This document shows positions 53,658 through 63,237 of a stretch of 64,000 nucleotides of DNA, piece after piece. Origin of the DNA: Halothermotrichaceae bacterium (lineage in GTDB: Bacteria; Bacillota; Halanaerobiia; Halanaerobiales; DTU029); assembly GCA_048623215.1 (NCBI GenBank), contig JBMCBT010000001.1, positions 8,409 through 72,408 of the forward strand. The letters run 5' to 3'. Each line of letters opens with the position of its first letter. Within the stretch, counting starts at the first letter, position 1. The translations under genes were made by a program, and so were the position numbers. The notes under the pieces are model-generated. The model was not told the origin of the DNA. It made no database searches and was given only the letters and a program-made list of their open reading frames with translations.

Positions 53658-55376
53658 TTATTCAAATTGTGTTTGATAAAGCCGATAATAGTAACCTCCT
53701 TTTTCCATTAACTCCTGGTGACTGCCTATTTCCACAATCTGCCCCTTTTCCAGTACTATTATTTTATCAGCTTCAAAAATAGTTGATAATCTGTGTGCAA
53801 TTACAAATGTAGTCCGGTCTTTCATTAATCTTTCTAGAGCTTCCTGTACCAGAGCTTCTGATTTTGTATCAAGAGAAGAGGTGGCTTCATCCAATATTAA
53901 TATCCTGGGATTGGTCAATATGGCTCTAGCTATTGCAATCCGCTGACGCTGTCCTCCTGAAAGTGAAACTCCTCTTTCCCCTACTTCAGACTTATAGCCA
54001 TTTTTAAACTCGGTTATGAAGTTATGAGCATTTGCTTTACGAGCTGCTTCGATAACATCTTCTCTATTCGCATTAGTAGAGCCGTACATTATATTTTCTG
54101 CAATAGTTCCCTTGAAAAGAATTGTCTCCTGTGGTACTATACCTATCTGTTTGCGCAGTGACTTTAATTTTACTTTTCTAATATCTATATTGTCAATTAA
54201 TATTTCCCCTTTATCAATATCATAAAACCGTGGAATTAAATTTGCCAGGGTGCTTTTACCAGCACCACTGTGACCGACCAGTGCTATCATTTCACCAGGC
54301 TCAGCCTGGAAGTTTATATCTTTTAATATCATCTGTTCCTGCTCATAGCTAAAGCTGACATCTTTAAACTTAACATTACCTTCAATTCTGGGCATTTCTA
54401 CAGCATCTTTCTTTTCCGATACTCTTTCATCTATATCCAACAAATCAAAGATTCTATCAGCAGCTCCTGCAGCTTTCTGTAAAATATTATAACTTCTGCT
54501 TAATATATTGACTGGACTGACCAGTATTCCTAAATATCCAAGAAAAGTAGGCAAATCCCCTACAGTCATATTACCTTTAAAAACTTCCTGCCCTCCATAC
54601 CACAAAAGAAAAACCATGCCAAAAGCAATTATTAATTCTACAATAGGTGTAATAACAGCCCGGATTTTAACCCCTTTTATATTAAAAATTAATGTTTCGT
54701 CATTGGCTTTTTCAAATTTTTCTTTTTCTTTTCCTTCCATGTTAAAAGCTTTTACTATCCTGATTCCAGAAAGTGTTTCCTGTAAAATAGTGGTTACGAC
54801 ACTTAATCTTTCCTGAATCCGGTTGCTCACCTTACGCATTCTACTGCCGGTTTTATTCATAGCATATGCTACCAGAGGTATAATTACAAATGAAGTCAGA
54901 GCAAGTTTCCAGCTTATTATAAAAAGAGCTGCCACCGAGGCAATAATTACTACAGGCTGCAAAATTAAATTTGATAAGGACATAGCTATACTCTGCTGAA
55001 TAATATTAACATCATTGGTTATTCTGGACATCAAATCACCAGTTGTGTTTTTTGAAAAAAAAGACAAAGATAACCCCTGCAGATGGTGATATATATCATT
55101 ACGCAGGTCTACTACCACTTTCTCACCGGTCCCGGTTATTAAGTATACCTGTAGATAATTAAAAATTCCCTTAATAACATATAACAGGATGCCGCTAATA
55201 GCTAACATATTCAATAATACCATATTACCTTCCAGAAGAACATAATCAATCAAAACCTTTATTACTAAGGGAACAGCACTACTTAATATTCCTACAATGA
55301 CAACAGAAATAGCTCCTATAATTAGTTGCAATTTGTAAGGTTTTAAATATTTAAATAGTCTTTGATAGGTATTCAT
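53658..55376 (-). CDS. msbA: ABC exporter, MsbA-like (lipid A / lipid flippase type)
   Basis: Six-TM domain plus an NBD (GHSGAGKST, LSGGQRQRIAIARA, ILILDEATS). Assignment to MsbA rests on the LPS gene context. Confidence 0.65.
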   Translation of the reverse strand: MNTYQRLFKYLKPYKLQLIIGAISVVIVGILSSAVPLVIKVLIDYVLLEGNMVLLNMLAISGILLYVIKGIFNYLQVYLITGTGEKVVVDLRNDIYHHLQGLSLSFFSKNTTGDLMSRITNDVNIIQQSIAMSLSNLILQPVVIIASVAALFIISWKLALTSFVIIPLVAYAMNKTGSRMRKVSNRIQERLSVVTTILQETLSGIRIVKAFNMEGKEKEKFEKANDETLIFNIKGVKIRAVITPIVELIIAFGMVFLLWYGGQEVFKGNMTVGDLPTFLGYLGILVSPVNILSRSYNILQKAAGAADRIFDLLDIDERVSEKKDAVEMPRIEGNVKFKDVSFSYEQEQMILKDINFQAEPGEMIALVGHSGAGKSTLANLIPRFYDIDKGEILIDNIDIRKVKLKSLRKQIGIVPQETILFKGTIAENIMYGSTNANREDVIEAARKANAHNFITEFKNGYKSEVGERGVSLSGGQRQRIAIARAILTNPRILILDEATSSLDTKSEALVQEALERLMKDRTTFVIAHRLSTIFEADKIIVLEKGQIVEIGSHQELMEKGGYYYRLYQTQFE

Positions 55377-55427
55377 AGTTGCTATCCTCCACTCAAATTT
55401 CTATAGCCATGTTATTTTTAAAAATTT

Positions 55428-56654
55428 TTAATAGTAATCTATTATAGTTTCTTCTACAATTCTTCTCAGCCTGTCAACAGCCCCTTTACTTCCTGCAGCC
55501 TCTTTTAACCTGGGCTGCATAGCTTTGAGTTCCTTTTTATTTTCCAAATAGTAATTAACTCTTTCTACCAGGTCTTCCGGGGATATTATTCCCCTTATTT
55601 CAGGGGCAATTCTTTTTTCTGCTATTATATTTATTAAAGCTACATAATCTGTTCTGGCAGCTATTTTAGGAACTAATTTCTGTTTTAATAATTTTCCCAG
55701 ATAAGGTATCTCTCCTATTAGTCCCACTACTCCTTCCAGTGGAATATCTTCAGGTTTGTTAAGAGGTAATAAAACTATCATTGGTGTTCCAAAATAAGCC
55801 AGTTCCAGATTGTTTGTGCCTGGTATCGTAAGAGCCAGGTCTGTAACCTGCATCAAGCTATACTGTAGGTTAGTAAAAATTTTTATTTTTCTGCCTGCAA
55901 ATTCAAGTATATAGTTATCCTCTTTATTAATAATAAAACCGTCAATACCCCTGTCATTACAATATTGATTAAAAATTGTTTTTATGATTTCTATATTGAC
56001 AAAGGGAGAGCCACTTAACATAAATTCTAAACTATTTTTTTTAAGTTTTCTTAGTGTGTCAAGAAAAAAAGGCAGCATATATTCAACCTCAGCCGGTCTG
56101 CTGCCAGGAAAAACTGTAATTATAAAATTTTTTTCTATATCATCGGCCAGACTATTCAACTGTTTTAGATCCAACTCTACTTCAACAGCATCCAGCATCA
56201 AATTCCCTATTACTTCAATTTCTGACTTTGAGGCACCTTTTTCCAATAGGTTTTTTTCAGTTCTGGTATCAGGTACCATAAACTTATAAATATGTTTGTC
56301 CCAGTTATAAACACCTTCTGTATAAGCTATAACAGGGAATTTATTTTTCCTACCCAAAATTACTGCATGAAAAAGATCGCCGCCAAGGAAAATTACTATT
56401 CCCTTATCACTTGTTGTAAATCCCTGAGGTTTAATTCCCAGTAATATATATTTTAGATACTCACATTTATCATAGACATAATCAACATCTGAATATTCCA
56501 TTAATACTGATTTTTCACTACCACTGGCAAACATACAGGGAGGTAAAAAAACGTAAATTACACTTTCAGAATATCTTTTTTTTAACCCGGCTGCTGCCGG
56601 CTTTACCCAGGCAGCAACTTCTCCAGGACTATTAGCTGTAATAATTATATCCAA
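55428..56654 (-). CDS. lpxB: Lipid-A-disaccharide synthase-like glycosyltransferase
   Basis: FPGSRPAEVEYMLP, LALTIPGTNNLELAYFGTPMIVLLP and YVALINIIAEKRIAPE align by eye with E. coli LpxB LPGSRGAEVEML / [20 protein letters not shown] / YVSLPNLLAGRELV. TTG start 10 nt after GGAGG. Confidence 0.65.
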   Translation of the reverse strand: MDIIITANSPGEVAAWVKPAAAGLKKRYSESVIYVFLPPCMFASGSEKSVLMEYSDVDYVYDKCEYLKYILLGIKPQGFTTSDKGIVIFLGGDLFHAVILGRKNKFPVIAYTEGVYNWDKHIYKFMVPDTRTEKNLLEKGASKSEIEVIGNLMLDAVEVELDLKQLNSLADDIEKNFIITVFPGSRPAEVEYMLPFFLDTLRKLKKNSLEFMLSGSPFVNIEIIKTIFNQYCNDRGIDGFIINKEDNYILEFAGRKIKIFTNLQYSLMQVTDLALTIPGTNNLELAYFGTPMIVLLPLNKPEDIPLEGVVGLIGEIPYLGKLLKQKLVPKIAARTDYVALINIIAEKRIAPEIRGIISPEDLVERVNYYLENKKELKAMQPRLKEAAGSKGAVDRLRRIVEETIIDYY

Positions 56655-56727
56655 TAGTACTATACCTCCCTGCTGTATTCCATTGATATACTATGCTTAT
56701 TAAAATAAATATTTGACAACCTTCTGT

Positions 56728-57207
56728 TTATTCAGTTACTAGACCATAATAATGTATGCCCATACCGGAAATTTCATGGTCAACATCCAAACCCGGTATT
56801 CCCAGCTTGCCGTATAAAGCAACAGCCAGATGTTTCCCCTGGCTGACAATACCAATTTTAATTCCAGCACCAGAAATGCTGGTCATAGGGCTGTTAAAAT
56901 CAACCATTGCCCTTTCTACACATCTGGTTAAAACACGCTGATCCTGTACTGTTTCACTAATAACATTTCCTTTAATAGCAGCACCAAGACAGTTTCTTAA
57001 AATTTTGTTTTTGAAATCTTCACCTTTACCACCTGCTCTGGTTATTACAGGTTTATAATTCTCAGCTTTTAATGATTCTATTATCTGGTCATCATACTTA
57101 TCATCCACTATTGAAAGGATTGTAGCTACCTTTCCCAGTGACTGCTCTCCTTCAATATTAATAAAATCACTAATTTTAAAATCAGATAAGTCCATCATTT
57201 TTTTCAC
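56728..57207 (-). CDS. HutP-family protein (RNA-binding antiterminator fold)
   Basis: C-terminal HLAVALYGKLGIPGLDVDHEISGMGIHYY parallels B. subtilis HutP WIAVSLYGTIGAPIKGLEHETFGVGINHI, 159 aa. Confidence 0.6.
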   Translation of the reverse strand: MKKMMDLSDFKISDFINIEGEQSLGKVATILSIVDDKYDDQIIESLKAENYKPVITRAGGKGEDFKNKILRNCLGAAIKGNVISETVQDQRVLTRCVERAMVDFNSPMTSISGAGIKIGIVSQGKHLAVALYGKLGIPGLDVDHEISGMGIHYYGLVTE

Positions 57208-57382
57208 TCCTTATAACTTAGTAAATAAGCCCTTATATCTCTGCCCGATTTCTGCCCGACTTTTTTAATATACAATATACTTCTAACATTCGAACAGTTG
57301 AATAATCTAAATTAATTTAATCAGCTAATATTTAAGTATTCAACAAAAAGTTAACTTTTCCTGCAACTTTTGCTGCAAAAAA

Positions 57383-57916
57383 TTAAAACTCAATTCCTTT
57401 GCGTGCAGTAATTCCCTGCTGATAGGGATGTTTTATGCTTTTCATTTCAGTAACATAATCAGCATATTTTATTATTTTTTCAGGCGCTTTTCTCCCGGTC
57501 ATAATTAATTCTTTTTGATAGTCTTTATTTTTAATTAATTCAATAACTTTATTTACTGATAGTAATTCATTATTAATAACAGACATTAATTCATCTAAAA
57601 TTATTATATTATAAATACTATCTCGACTTAAATCAATTACTTTATCCCATATTCGTTTTATCTCTTCCTGTACTTTCTTTTTTTCATTATTATTCATTTG
57701 GTAGTAAAATTTTTCTGACTGATTAGCCCTTCTAAAATTTATTTGAGATAGTTTAGATATCTCTTTTTCTCCAGTAATCATTCCCTTCATAAACTGAAGA
57801 AAATACACCTGAAAATTATGTCCAGCAGCTCTAACAGCAAGCCCAACTGCAGCAGTTGTCTTACCCTTACCATCTCCTGTGTAAATGTGTACCAGACCCT
57901 TATTCACTACTATCAC
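57383..57916 (-). CDS. cobO: Cob(I)yrinic acid a,c-diamide adenosyltransferase (CobO/BtuR family)
   Basis: GLVHIYTGDGKGKTTAAVGLAVRAAGHNFQVYFLQFMKG P-loop signature, and ILDEL. Confidence 0.8.
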   Translation of the reverse strand: MIVVNKGLVHIYTGDGKGKTTAAVGLAVRAAGHNFQVYFLQFMKGMITGEKEISKLSQINFRRANQSEKFYYQMNNNEKKKVQEEIKRIWDKVIDLSRDSIYNIIILDELMSVINNELLSVNKVIELIKNKDYQKELIMTGRKAPEKIIKYADYVTEMKSIKHPYQQGITARKGIEF

Positions 57917-58009
57917 TCCATATATATATATTTCTCAAACATCAGATAAATATCCAGGCATAAAGTTGATGAAATATTCCTGTGCCTGGATAATCACACA
58001 ATTCTTTAC

Positions 58010-58756
58010 CTATTCCAATTTGTCCCTGTCAGGAATTGGTAGTGGATTGAGTTTATGTTTATTTTGAATAACTATCGTTTCTATTCTTTCAATTTCTTCA
58101 GCTGAACCCTCACCGGTCAGGATATATCTATCTAGCACATCATAACTAACACCCATCTCTTTTTCATCAGTCTGTCCCTGCCAGAGACCGGCCGAAGGAG
58201 ATTTGTTTATTATATCATCAGATATTCCCAGATGTTTTGCTAATTCACGTACTTCTGTTTTGACCAACCGCCCTAAAGGGGCAATATCTACACCGCCATC
58301 ACCAAATTTGGTAAAATAGCCAACAGTTAATTCACTCCAGTTGTCAGTACCTACAACCAGGTAATTATATTTTGCAGCATAATAATAAAGTGTTGTCATT
58401 CGCAAACGGGGTTTAATATTGGCTACTGCCAGGTTACCCTGCCTGTAATCTTTATTATCCTCTAATACCAGTAAAAGTTCGTCCAGAACAGGACTTAAAT
58501 CTTTCTCTATGTAATTAATATCAAATTCATCAGCAACTTTTCTGGCATCTGCTGCATCTTTTCCATTACTATAACAGGGCATAATAACTCCCAACAAATT
58601 TTCCCCAAAGGCTTTTTTGCAGAGAACTGACGTTACAGCAGAATCAATACCTCCACTGAGGCCAACAACTGCTCCCTCAGCTCCCGCCTTATCCACATAT
58701 TCTCTAATCCATTCAATCAATACCTGCTCAACTTTATCCATTTTTAAATTGGACAT
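58010..58756 (-). CDS. nadE: NH3-dependent NAD+ synthetase
   Basis: PP-loop GLSGGIDSAV, 248 aa, typical NadE C-terminal region. Confidence 0.9.
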   Translation of the reverse strand: MSNLKMDKVEQVLIEWIREYVDKAGAEGAVVGLSGGIDSAVTSVLCKKAFGENLLGVIMPCYSNGKDAADARKVADEFDINYIEKDLSPVLDELLLVLEDNKDYRQGNLAVANIKPRLRMTTLYYYAAKYNYLVVGTDNWSELTVGYFTKFGDGGVDIAPLGRLVKTEVRELAKHLGISDDIINKSPSAGLWQGQTDEKEMGVSYDVLDRYILTGEGSAEEIERIETIVIQNKHKLNPLPIPDRDKLE

Positions 58757-58775
58757 TTATTAATCCCTCCTTTTT

Positions 58776-59585
58776 TTATCTAAATGACCATAAGTCATTC
58801 ATCTTAACTTTTATCTCTTCTCCAGTTAATTTTTCCGGCCACAGTTCAAATGGAGCATCTTCCCTCATTGCTGAAGCAAGATTGTAAAAAACCTGTTTGT
58901 TATCAATCAGTTCCTCTAAATATGATTTTATTTCAGCCCTTTTGCTTTTTTCATCATAAGGGCAGGGATTATTATTCTCCTGATAATTAATATGGTCTTT
59001 CATTTCTATTATTCTCTTTTCTCTTAAATATATCAGAGGACGGATAATATAGACATCATTATCAGAAAGATACCTTTTAGGCTGTAGTGCAAGCATTTGA
59101 CCAGAATATAAAATACTCATAAGATAGGTTTCTACAGCATCATCATAATGATGTCCATAAGCGACTTTGGTAAAATTATTTGCTTTCATAAATTTGGTAA
59201 TAGCACCTTTACGAAAATGAGCACACTTAGCACAGGGATTATTAATGTTTTCATTTAATATATATCTGGAAATCTCCGTCTCTTCTATATAATAAGGAAC
59301 ATCTAAACTCTTACACAAATACTTCAAATAATTATAATCAGACTTATCAAAACCAAGGTCAATAGTTAAAGCTGCTAGCTCAAAATTAACAGCCAGGTGT
59401 TTTTGCAATACCGACAGTGCATAAAGCAGAAAACTGCTGTCTTTACCCCCGGATAATCCAACGACTATTCTATCTCCTGCTTCAACTAAATTAAATTCGG
59501 CCATTGCTTTTACAATTTTTTGATTATATGATTTAGGTAATGATAACTTCAATTTATCCACTCCATAATTTATTACAGTCCGCAA
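58776..59585 (-). CDS. PP-loop ATPase, TtcA/tRNA thiolation family
   Basis: GLSGGKDS PP-loop, CAKCAHFRKG, and GHHYDD motifs. Confidence 0.7.
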   Translation of the reverse strand: MRTVINYGVDKLKLSLPKSYNQKIVKAMAEFNLVEAGDRIVVGLSGGKDSSFLLYALSVLQKHLAVNFELAALTIDLGFDKSDYNYLKYLCKSLDVPYYIEETEISRYILNENINNPCAKCAHFRKGAITKFMKANNFTKVAYGHHYDDAVETYLMSILYSGQMLALQPKRYLSDNDVYIIRPLIYLREKRIIEMKDHINYQENNNPCPYDEKSKRAEIKSYLEELIDNKQVFYNLASAMREDAPFELWPEKLTGEEIKVKMNDLWSFR

Positions 59586-59650
59586 AAATATTTTTTATCT
59601 TTTTCAAATAAAAATAAAATGATTTATTTCTGAAAAGTTGCCCACAAAAT

Positions 59651-60223
59651 TTAATTAAAAACCCCTGTTAAAGTACCAAATTGTATTATACGCCCTTTCA
59701 TGGCTTTTTGTAATTCGGGCTTGCCGGCATCATTATCTAATTCTAAAGCAGCATCCAGGACATATACTTTAAAAACATATTTATGTGATAAATTAAAGGG
59801 CGGTTTTGGCCCTCTATAGTAATGCTTGCCGCCATAGCCACTTTTCCCCTGTACAGCATTCTTTAAGGAAGATACGGTTTCTCCTTTTGCTACTCCTTCT
59901 GGTATTATATCAAAAACTGCGGGAATATTCCAGATAACCCAGTGATTATAAACTCCTAAAGGATGGTCCAGGTCATCCATAATAATTGCAATGGTTTGAG
60001 CTTCCGGAACAATTGTATCAAGTTGTAATTGTGGGGAAACATCTTTACCCCTGCCGGTATATTTAACCGGAATTTTTCCACCATCTTTAAATGCATTACT
60101 GGTTATCTTTAAATTAACTTCAGGTTTAACATAATCAGATATATTGGTAATTTTCTTATATATAACAAATGCTATTATTAGTGTTATAAATACACATAAC
60201 CCAATTATTATAGCTCTTAGCAC
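59651..60223 (-). CDS. YbhB/YbcL (PEBP / Raf-kinase-inhibitor-like) family protein with an N-terminal membrane anchor
   Basis: DDLDHPLGVYNHWVIWNIP and YRGPKPP...HKYVFKVYVLD motifs. Confidence 0.75.
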   Translation of the reverse strand: MLRAIIIGLCVFITLIIAFVIYKKITNISDYVKPEVNLKITSNAFKDGGKIPVKYTGRGKDVSPQLQLDTIVPEAQTIAIIMDDLDHPLGVYNHWVIWNIPAVFDIIPEGVAKGETVSSLKNAVQGKSGYGGKHYYRGPKPPFNLSHKYVFKVYVLDAALELDNDAGKPELQKAMKGRIIQFGTLTGVFN

Positions 60224-60248
60224 TTGTCTACACCTCCAATTCTATTAT

Positions 60249-60839
60249 CTATAACTCATAATTTTTAATTATTCCGTAAAGAGTCACTTTTACAGTCTTA
60301 TTTAATAACTTTTCCAGTCCATCCACTTTCTTTTCCCGATAAAACCAGTCGAATATTTCCATTAATAAAGCATTTTTGAGAACTTTTATTTTTGTATCGA
60401 TATATTTTTCCCCTATATTTTCATAATCTTTTGATTTAGATATTACTCTATGGAACACTTTGCCAAAATCAAATTTTTTTTCAGATGGATTATCATTATA
60501 AACCATCATCAACTCCTTAAGAAAACTGGTGAATAACTGCGGCTCCCCTTCTACTGCTTTAGTCAGAGTAGATATTAGCGTTTGTAAATTGGTTTCAATG
60601 GTTTTGTTTTGGTTTACAGCTTCTTGAATATTAATATTCTTAAACTTCTGTTTAGACCAGAGCATAAGAAGCTCTCTTTTACTTGAAAAATAATTATAGA
60701 AAGTACCTTTAGCTATACCTACTTTTTTGGTAATACCATTTATCGATACATTGTAATAACCTTTTTCTTTAAATAGGGATATTGCTTCATTGATAATTGT
60801 TTTTTTTATCTCTTTTCTTTTTTGATTATATAATGACAA
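60249..60839 (-). CDS. TetR-family transcriptional regulator
   Basis: N-terminal HTH AISLFKEKGYYNVSINGITKKVGIAKGTFYNYFSSK. Confidence 0.8.
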   Translation of the reverse strand: MSLYNQKRKEIKKTIINEAISLFKEKGYYNVSINGITKKVGIAKGTFYNYFSSKRELLMLWSKQKFKNINIQEAVNQNKTIETNLQTLISTLTKAVEGEPQLFTSFLKELMMVYNDNPSEKKFDFGKVFHRVISKSKDYENIGEKYIDTKIKVLKNALLMEIFDWFYREKKVDGLEKLLNKTVKVTLYGIIKNYEL

Positions 60840-60890
60840 ACCTACTCCTCCTCACATCTAATTTTATTTTAATCTACCGTTGTATACCAA

Positions 60891-60912
60891 GGTCACTTTA
60901 TGACCACAGTCA
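60891..60912. promoter_or_regulatory. Candidate TetR operator in the divergent intergenic region
   Basis: GGTCActttaTGACCacaGTCA: overlapping inverted repeats GGTCA/TGACC and TGAC/GTCA, about 50 nt upstream of the tetR start. Confidence 0.3.
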
Positions 60913-61062
60913 TATTATAGCATAATTTTCCCATTTTCACAAATAAAAACACTATAAAAGAGCTCAGATGAACTACACATCCCACAAATCATTCGTTTGC
61001 TTTCTTTGTCATAATATTTTTATTATCAGTTAATACTATAAAACATCAAGGAGGAATTTACA

Positions 61063-62481
61063 GTGAATAAAAAGAAGCAGGGGTTATCGGTCTGGCAGTT
61101 GACTATGCTGGCATTAGGTACAGTTGTTGGCGGTTCTTTTTTTCTGGGTTCATCTATCGCAATTAAGACTGCCGGACCTGCTGTTTTGATATCATATATT
61201 CTGGGAGGTATATTGGTCTATTTTATCCTGTTTGCATTATCAGAAATGACAGTAGCTAATCCAGCACCCGGTTCGTTTAGAACATATTGTGAGGAACAAT
61301 ATGGCGCTATGACAGGTTTTGTGGTAGGCTGGGTCTACTGGACCGGGCTTATTTTGGCCATGTCAAGTGAGGCAATAGCAGTTTCATTTTTTTTAAAAAA
61401 CTGGTTTCCGACAATCTCATTACCTCTAACCGGCAGTCTGGTCATTATCAGTGTCGTCTTAATTAATTTACTTGGTGTAGAAAAATTAAGCAAACTGGAA
61501 AGTGGTCTGGCTGCTGTTAAACTTCTGGCAATAATAGGATTTATACTACTGGCAGCACTTCTGGTTATAGGTTTTTGGCCCAACCGCGGCAGTATAGGTA
61601 TAGGCGAAATTATCAGAGAACCTTTTTTTCCGACAGGTATAGGTGGAATTGCCGGCAGTATGCTGATTGTACTCTTTACCTATGCCGGTTTCGAAGTAAT
61701 CGGACTGGCAGCATCAGAAGCCGATAATGCACAAAAAACAATTCCCAGAGCTATTACCCTTACTGTACTGAGTCTTGTTGGACTATATTTACTGACAATA
61801 ACTTTCCTGCTCCCGCTGATACCAACTGCTAACCTTTCAGAAGAAACAAGCCCTATGGTCGCCGCCCTTATCAAAAATGGTCTCAGTTGGGCAGGTGGTA
61901 TTATCAATATTATCCTGGTAACAGCAATTGTCTCAACAATGCTGGCTGCTACCTTTGGTATTGCCAGAATGGCCCGAACCCTGGCAGAAGATGGACATGC
62001 TCCTTCCTTTTTGAAAGATAAAGGAGAAATTCCCTACCGTGGTATTATATTTTCCGGAATTTCCATGTTAGCTGCACTGGCTCTGGGTTTTATTCTCCCA
62101 CGCCAGGTATATCTTTTTCTTGTTAGTTCAGGTGGATTTTCTTTATTGTTTGTTTATGTGGTCATATTACTTACCCATTATAAATTCAGAAAAAAAAATG
62201 GCTGTCCTCCAGAGGGTAAATGTCAACTTCCTGGTTATCCTTACAGCTCCTTGCTGGCAACTGCTGCTTTGATTGCTATTATTGCCAGTATGCCGCTAAT
62301 AGAAGGACAGGGAGCAGGATTAATAGCAGGTCTACTGCTGGTAGGTTTTTATATGACCATATATTTATTAAAATATAGTTTTCATAAATATATTGCTGCT
62401 AATTCAGAACAGAAGATAAGCATCCCTAAACATAGTATGGAGATGGAAGCAGCTGAAGATATGGAGAATAAAGAAAAATAA
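61063..62481 (+). CDS. APC-superfamily amino acid permease
   Basis: GTG start 8 nt after AAGGAGGA. 12 hydrophobic segments. N-terminal GTVVGGSFFLGSSIAI and YAGFEVIGLAASEA motifs. Confidence 0.85.
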   Translation: MNKKKQGLSVWQLTMLALGTVVGGSFFLGSSIAIKTAGPAVLISYILGGILVYFILFALSEMTVANPAPGSFRTYCEEQYGAMTGFVVGWVYWTGLILAMSSEAIAVSFFLKNWFPTISLPLTGSLVIISVVLINLLGVEKLSKLESGLAAVKLLAIIGFILLAALLVIGFWPNRGSIGIGEIIREPFFPTGIGGIAGSMLIVLFTYAGFEVIGLAASEADNAQKTIPRAITLTVLSLVGLYLLTITFLLPLIPTANLSEETSPMVAALIKNGLSWAGGIINIILVTAIVSTMLAATFGIARMARTLAEDGHAPSFLKDKGEIPYRGIIFSGISMLAALALGFILPRQVYLFLVSSGGFSLLFVYVVILLTHYKFRKKNGCPPEGKCQLPGYPYSSLLATAALIAIIASMPLIEGQGAGLIAGLLLVGFYMTIYLLKYSFHKYIAANSEQKISIPKHSMEMEAAEDMENKEK

Positions 62482-63168
62482 CTAATTTTCCTTTTCAAAA
62501 GGAACAATATACAGGCCTTTACCTTCAAGCCATTCAGCATAAAAAACCTCTTTAACTCGTTTATAACCCTGACCTCTAAGCTGTTTTTTTAACCAACTAA
62601 CATTATAGCCGGCAGCTTCCAGGTTATCCCACATTATCTCCTGGTCATTAATCATAGTAACAGGTAATTGCTGTGACTGTTCAGGTAGATTTAGCTCCTG
62701 TCTTGTTGGTGAATCATATTGCGATTTTTTTATAACACTTATTGTACCACTGGATTCCAACAGGGCATATTCTACTTCCCTGATAGAAAATATATCTTTT
62801 TCACGCAGCATTTCCTGTAATCGATTGATATTTAATTTTGCTTTTGTCAGTTCACTGCGGTCTATCATACCCTTGCGGATAATTATTGAAGGATTACCAT
62901 CAAGAAATGCCCTTGACTTTAAAATCTTTTGTGATGTCTTTTCTATAACATATATTAATACCCCCCATAATAAAACTGCATAGCTAATATATAATAGCCC
63001 TATTTCCTTATCATAGATAGCATTTCCCAGTAATTCACCCATAACCAGTGCCGAAATAAAATCAAATGGAGTTATCTGTTTAATCTGTGTTTTTCCCAGT
63101 AACTTTGTCACCAAAAATAATAAACCAAATCCAAAAAGCAGTTCAATAGTAATATATAATATATCCAT
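62482..63168 (-). CDS. DUF421 (YetF-like) membrane protein
   Basis: LLGKTQIKQITPFDFISALVMGELLGNAIYD signature, plus a C-terminal soluble domain. Confidence 0.7.
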   Translation of the reverse strand: MDILYITIELLFGFGLLFLVTKLLGKTQIKQITPFDFISALVMGELLGNAIYDKEIGLLYISYAVLLWGVLIYVIEKTSQKILKSRAFLDGNPSIIIRKGMIDRSELTKAKLNINRLQEMLREKDIFSIREVEYALLESSGTISVIKKSQYDSPTRQELNLPEQSQQLPVTMINDQEIMWDNLEAAGYNVSWLKKQLRGQGYKRVKEVFYAEWLEGKGLYIVPFEKEN

Positions 63169-63237
63169 AAATAATTCCTCCTCATCTAAATAACTTAAAC
63201 TTAGTATGGGAGGAATAATATCAAATTATAAATAATG

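Noticed and set aside
56655-56727. Canonical HutP RNA target (three UAG triplets spaced by 4 nt, duplicated) between the hutP-like gene and lpxB
   Set aside because: Only two UAG triplets are present, about 31 nt apart, and there is no terminator hairpin to antiterminate.
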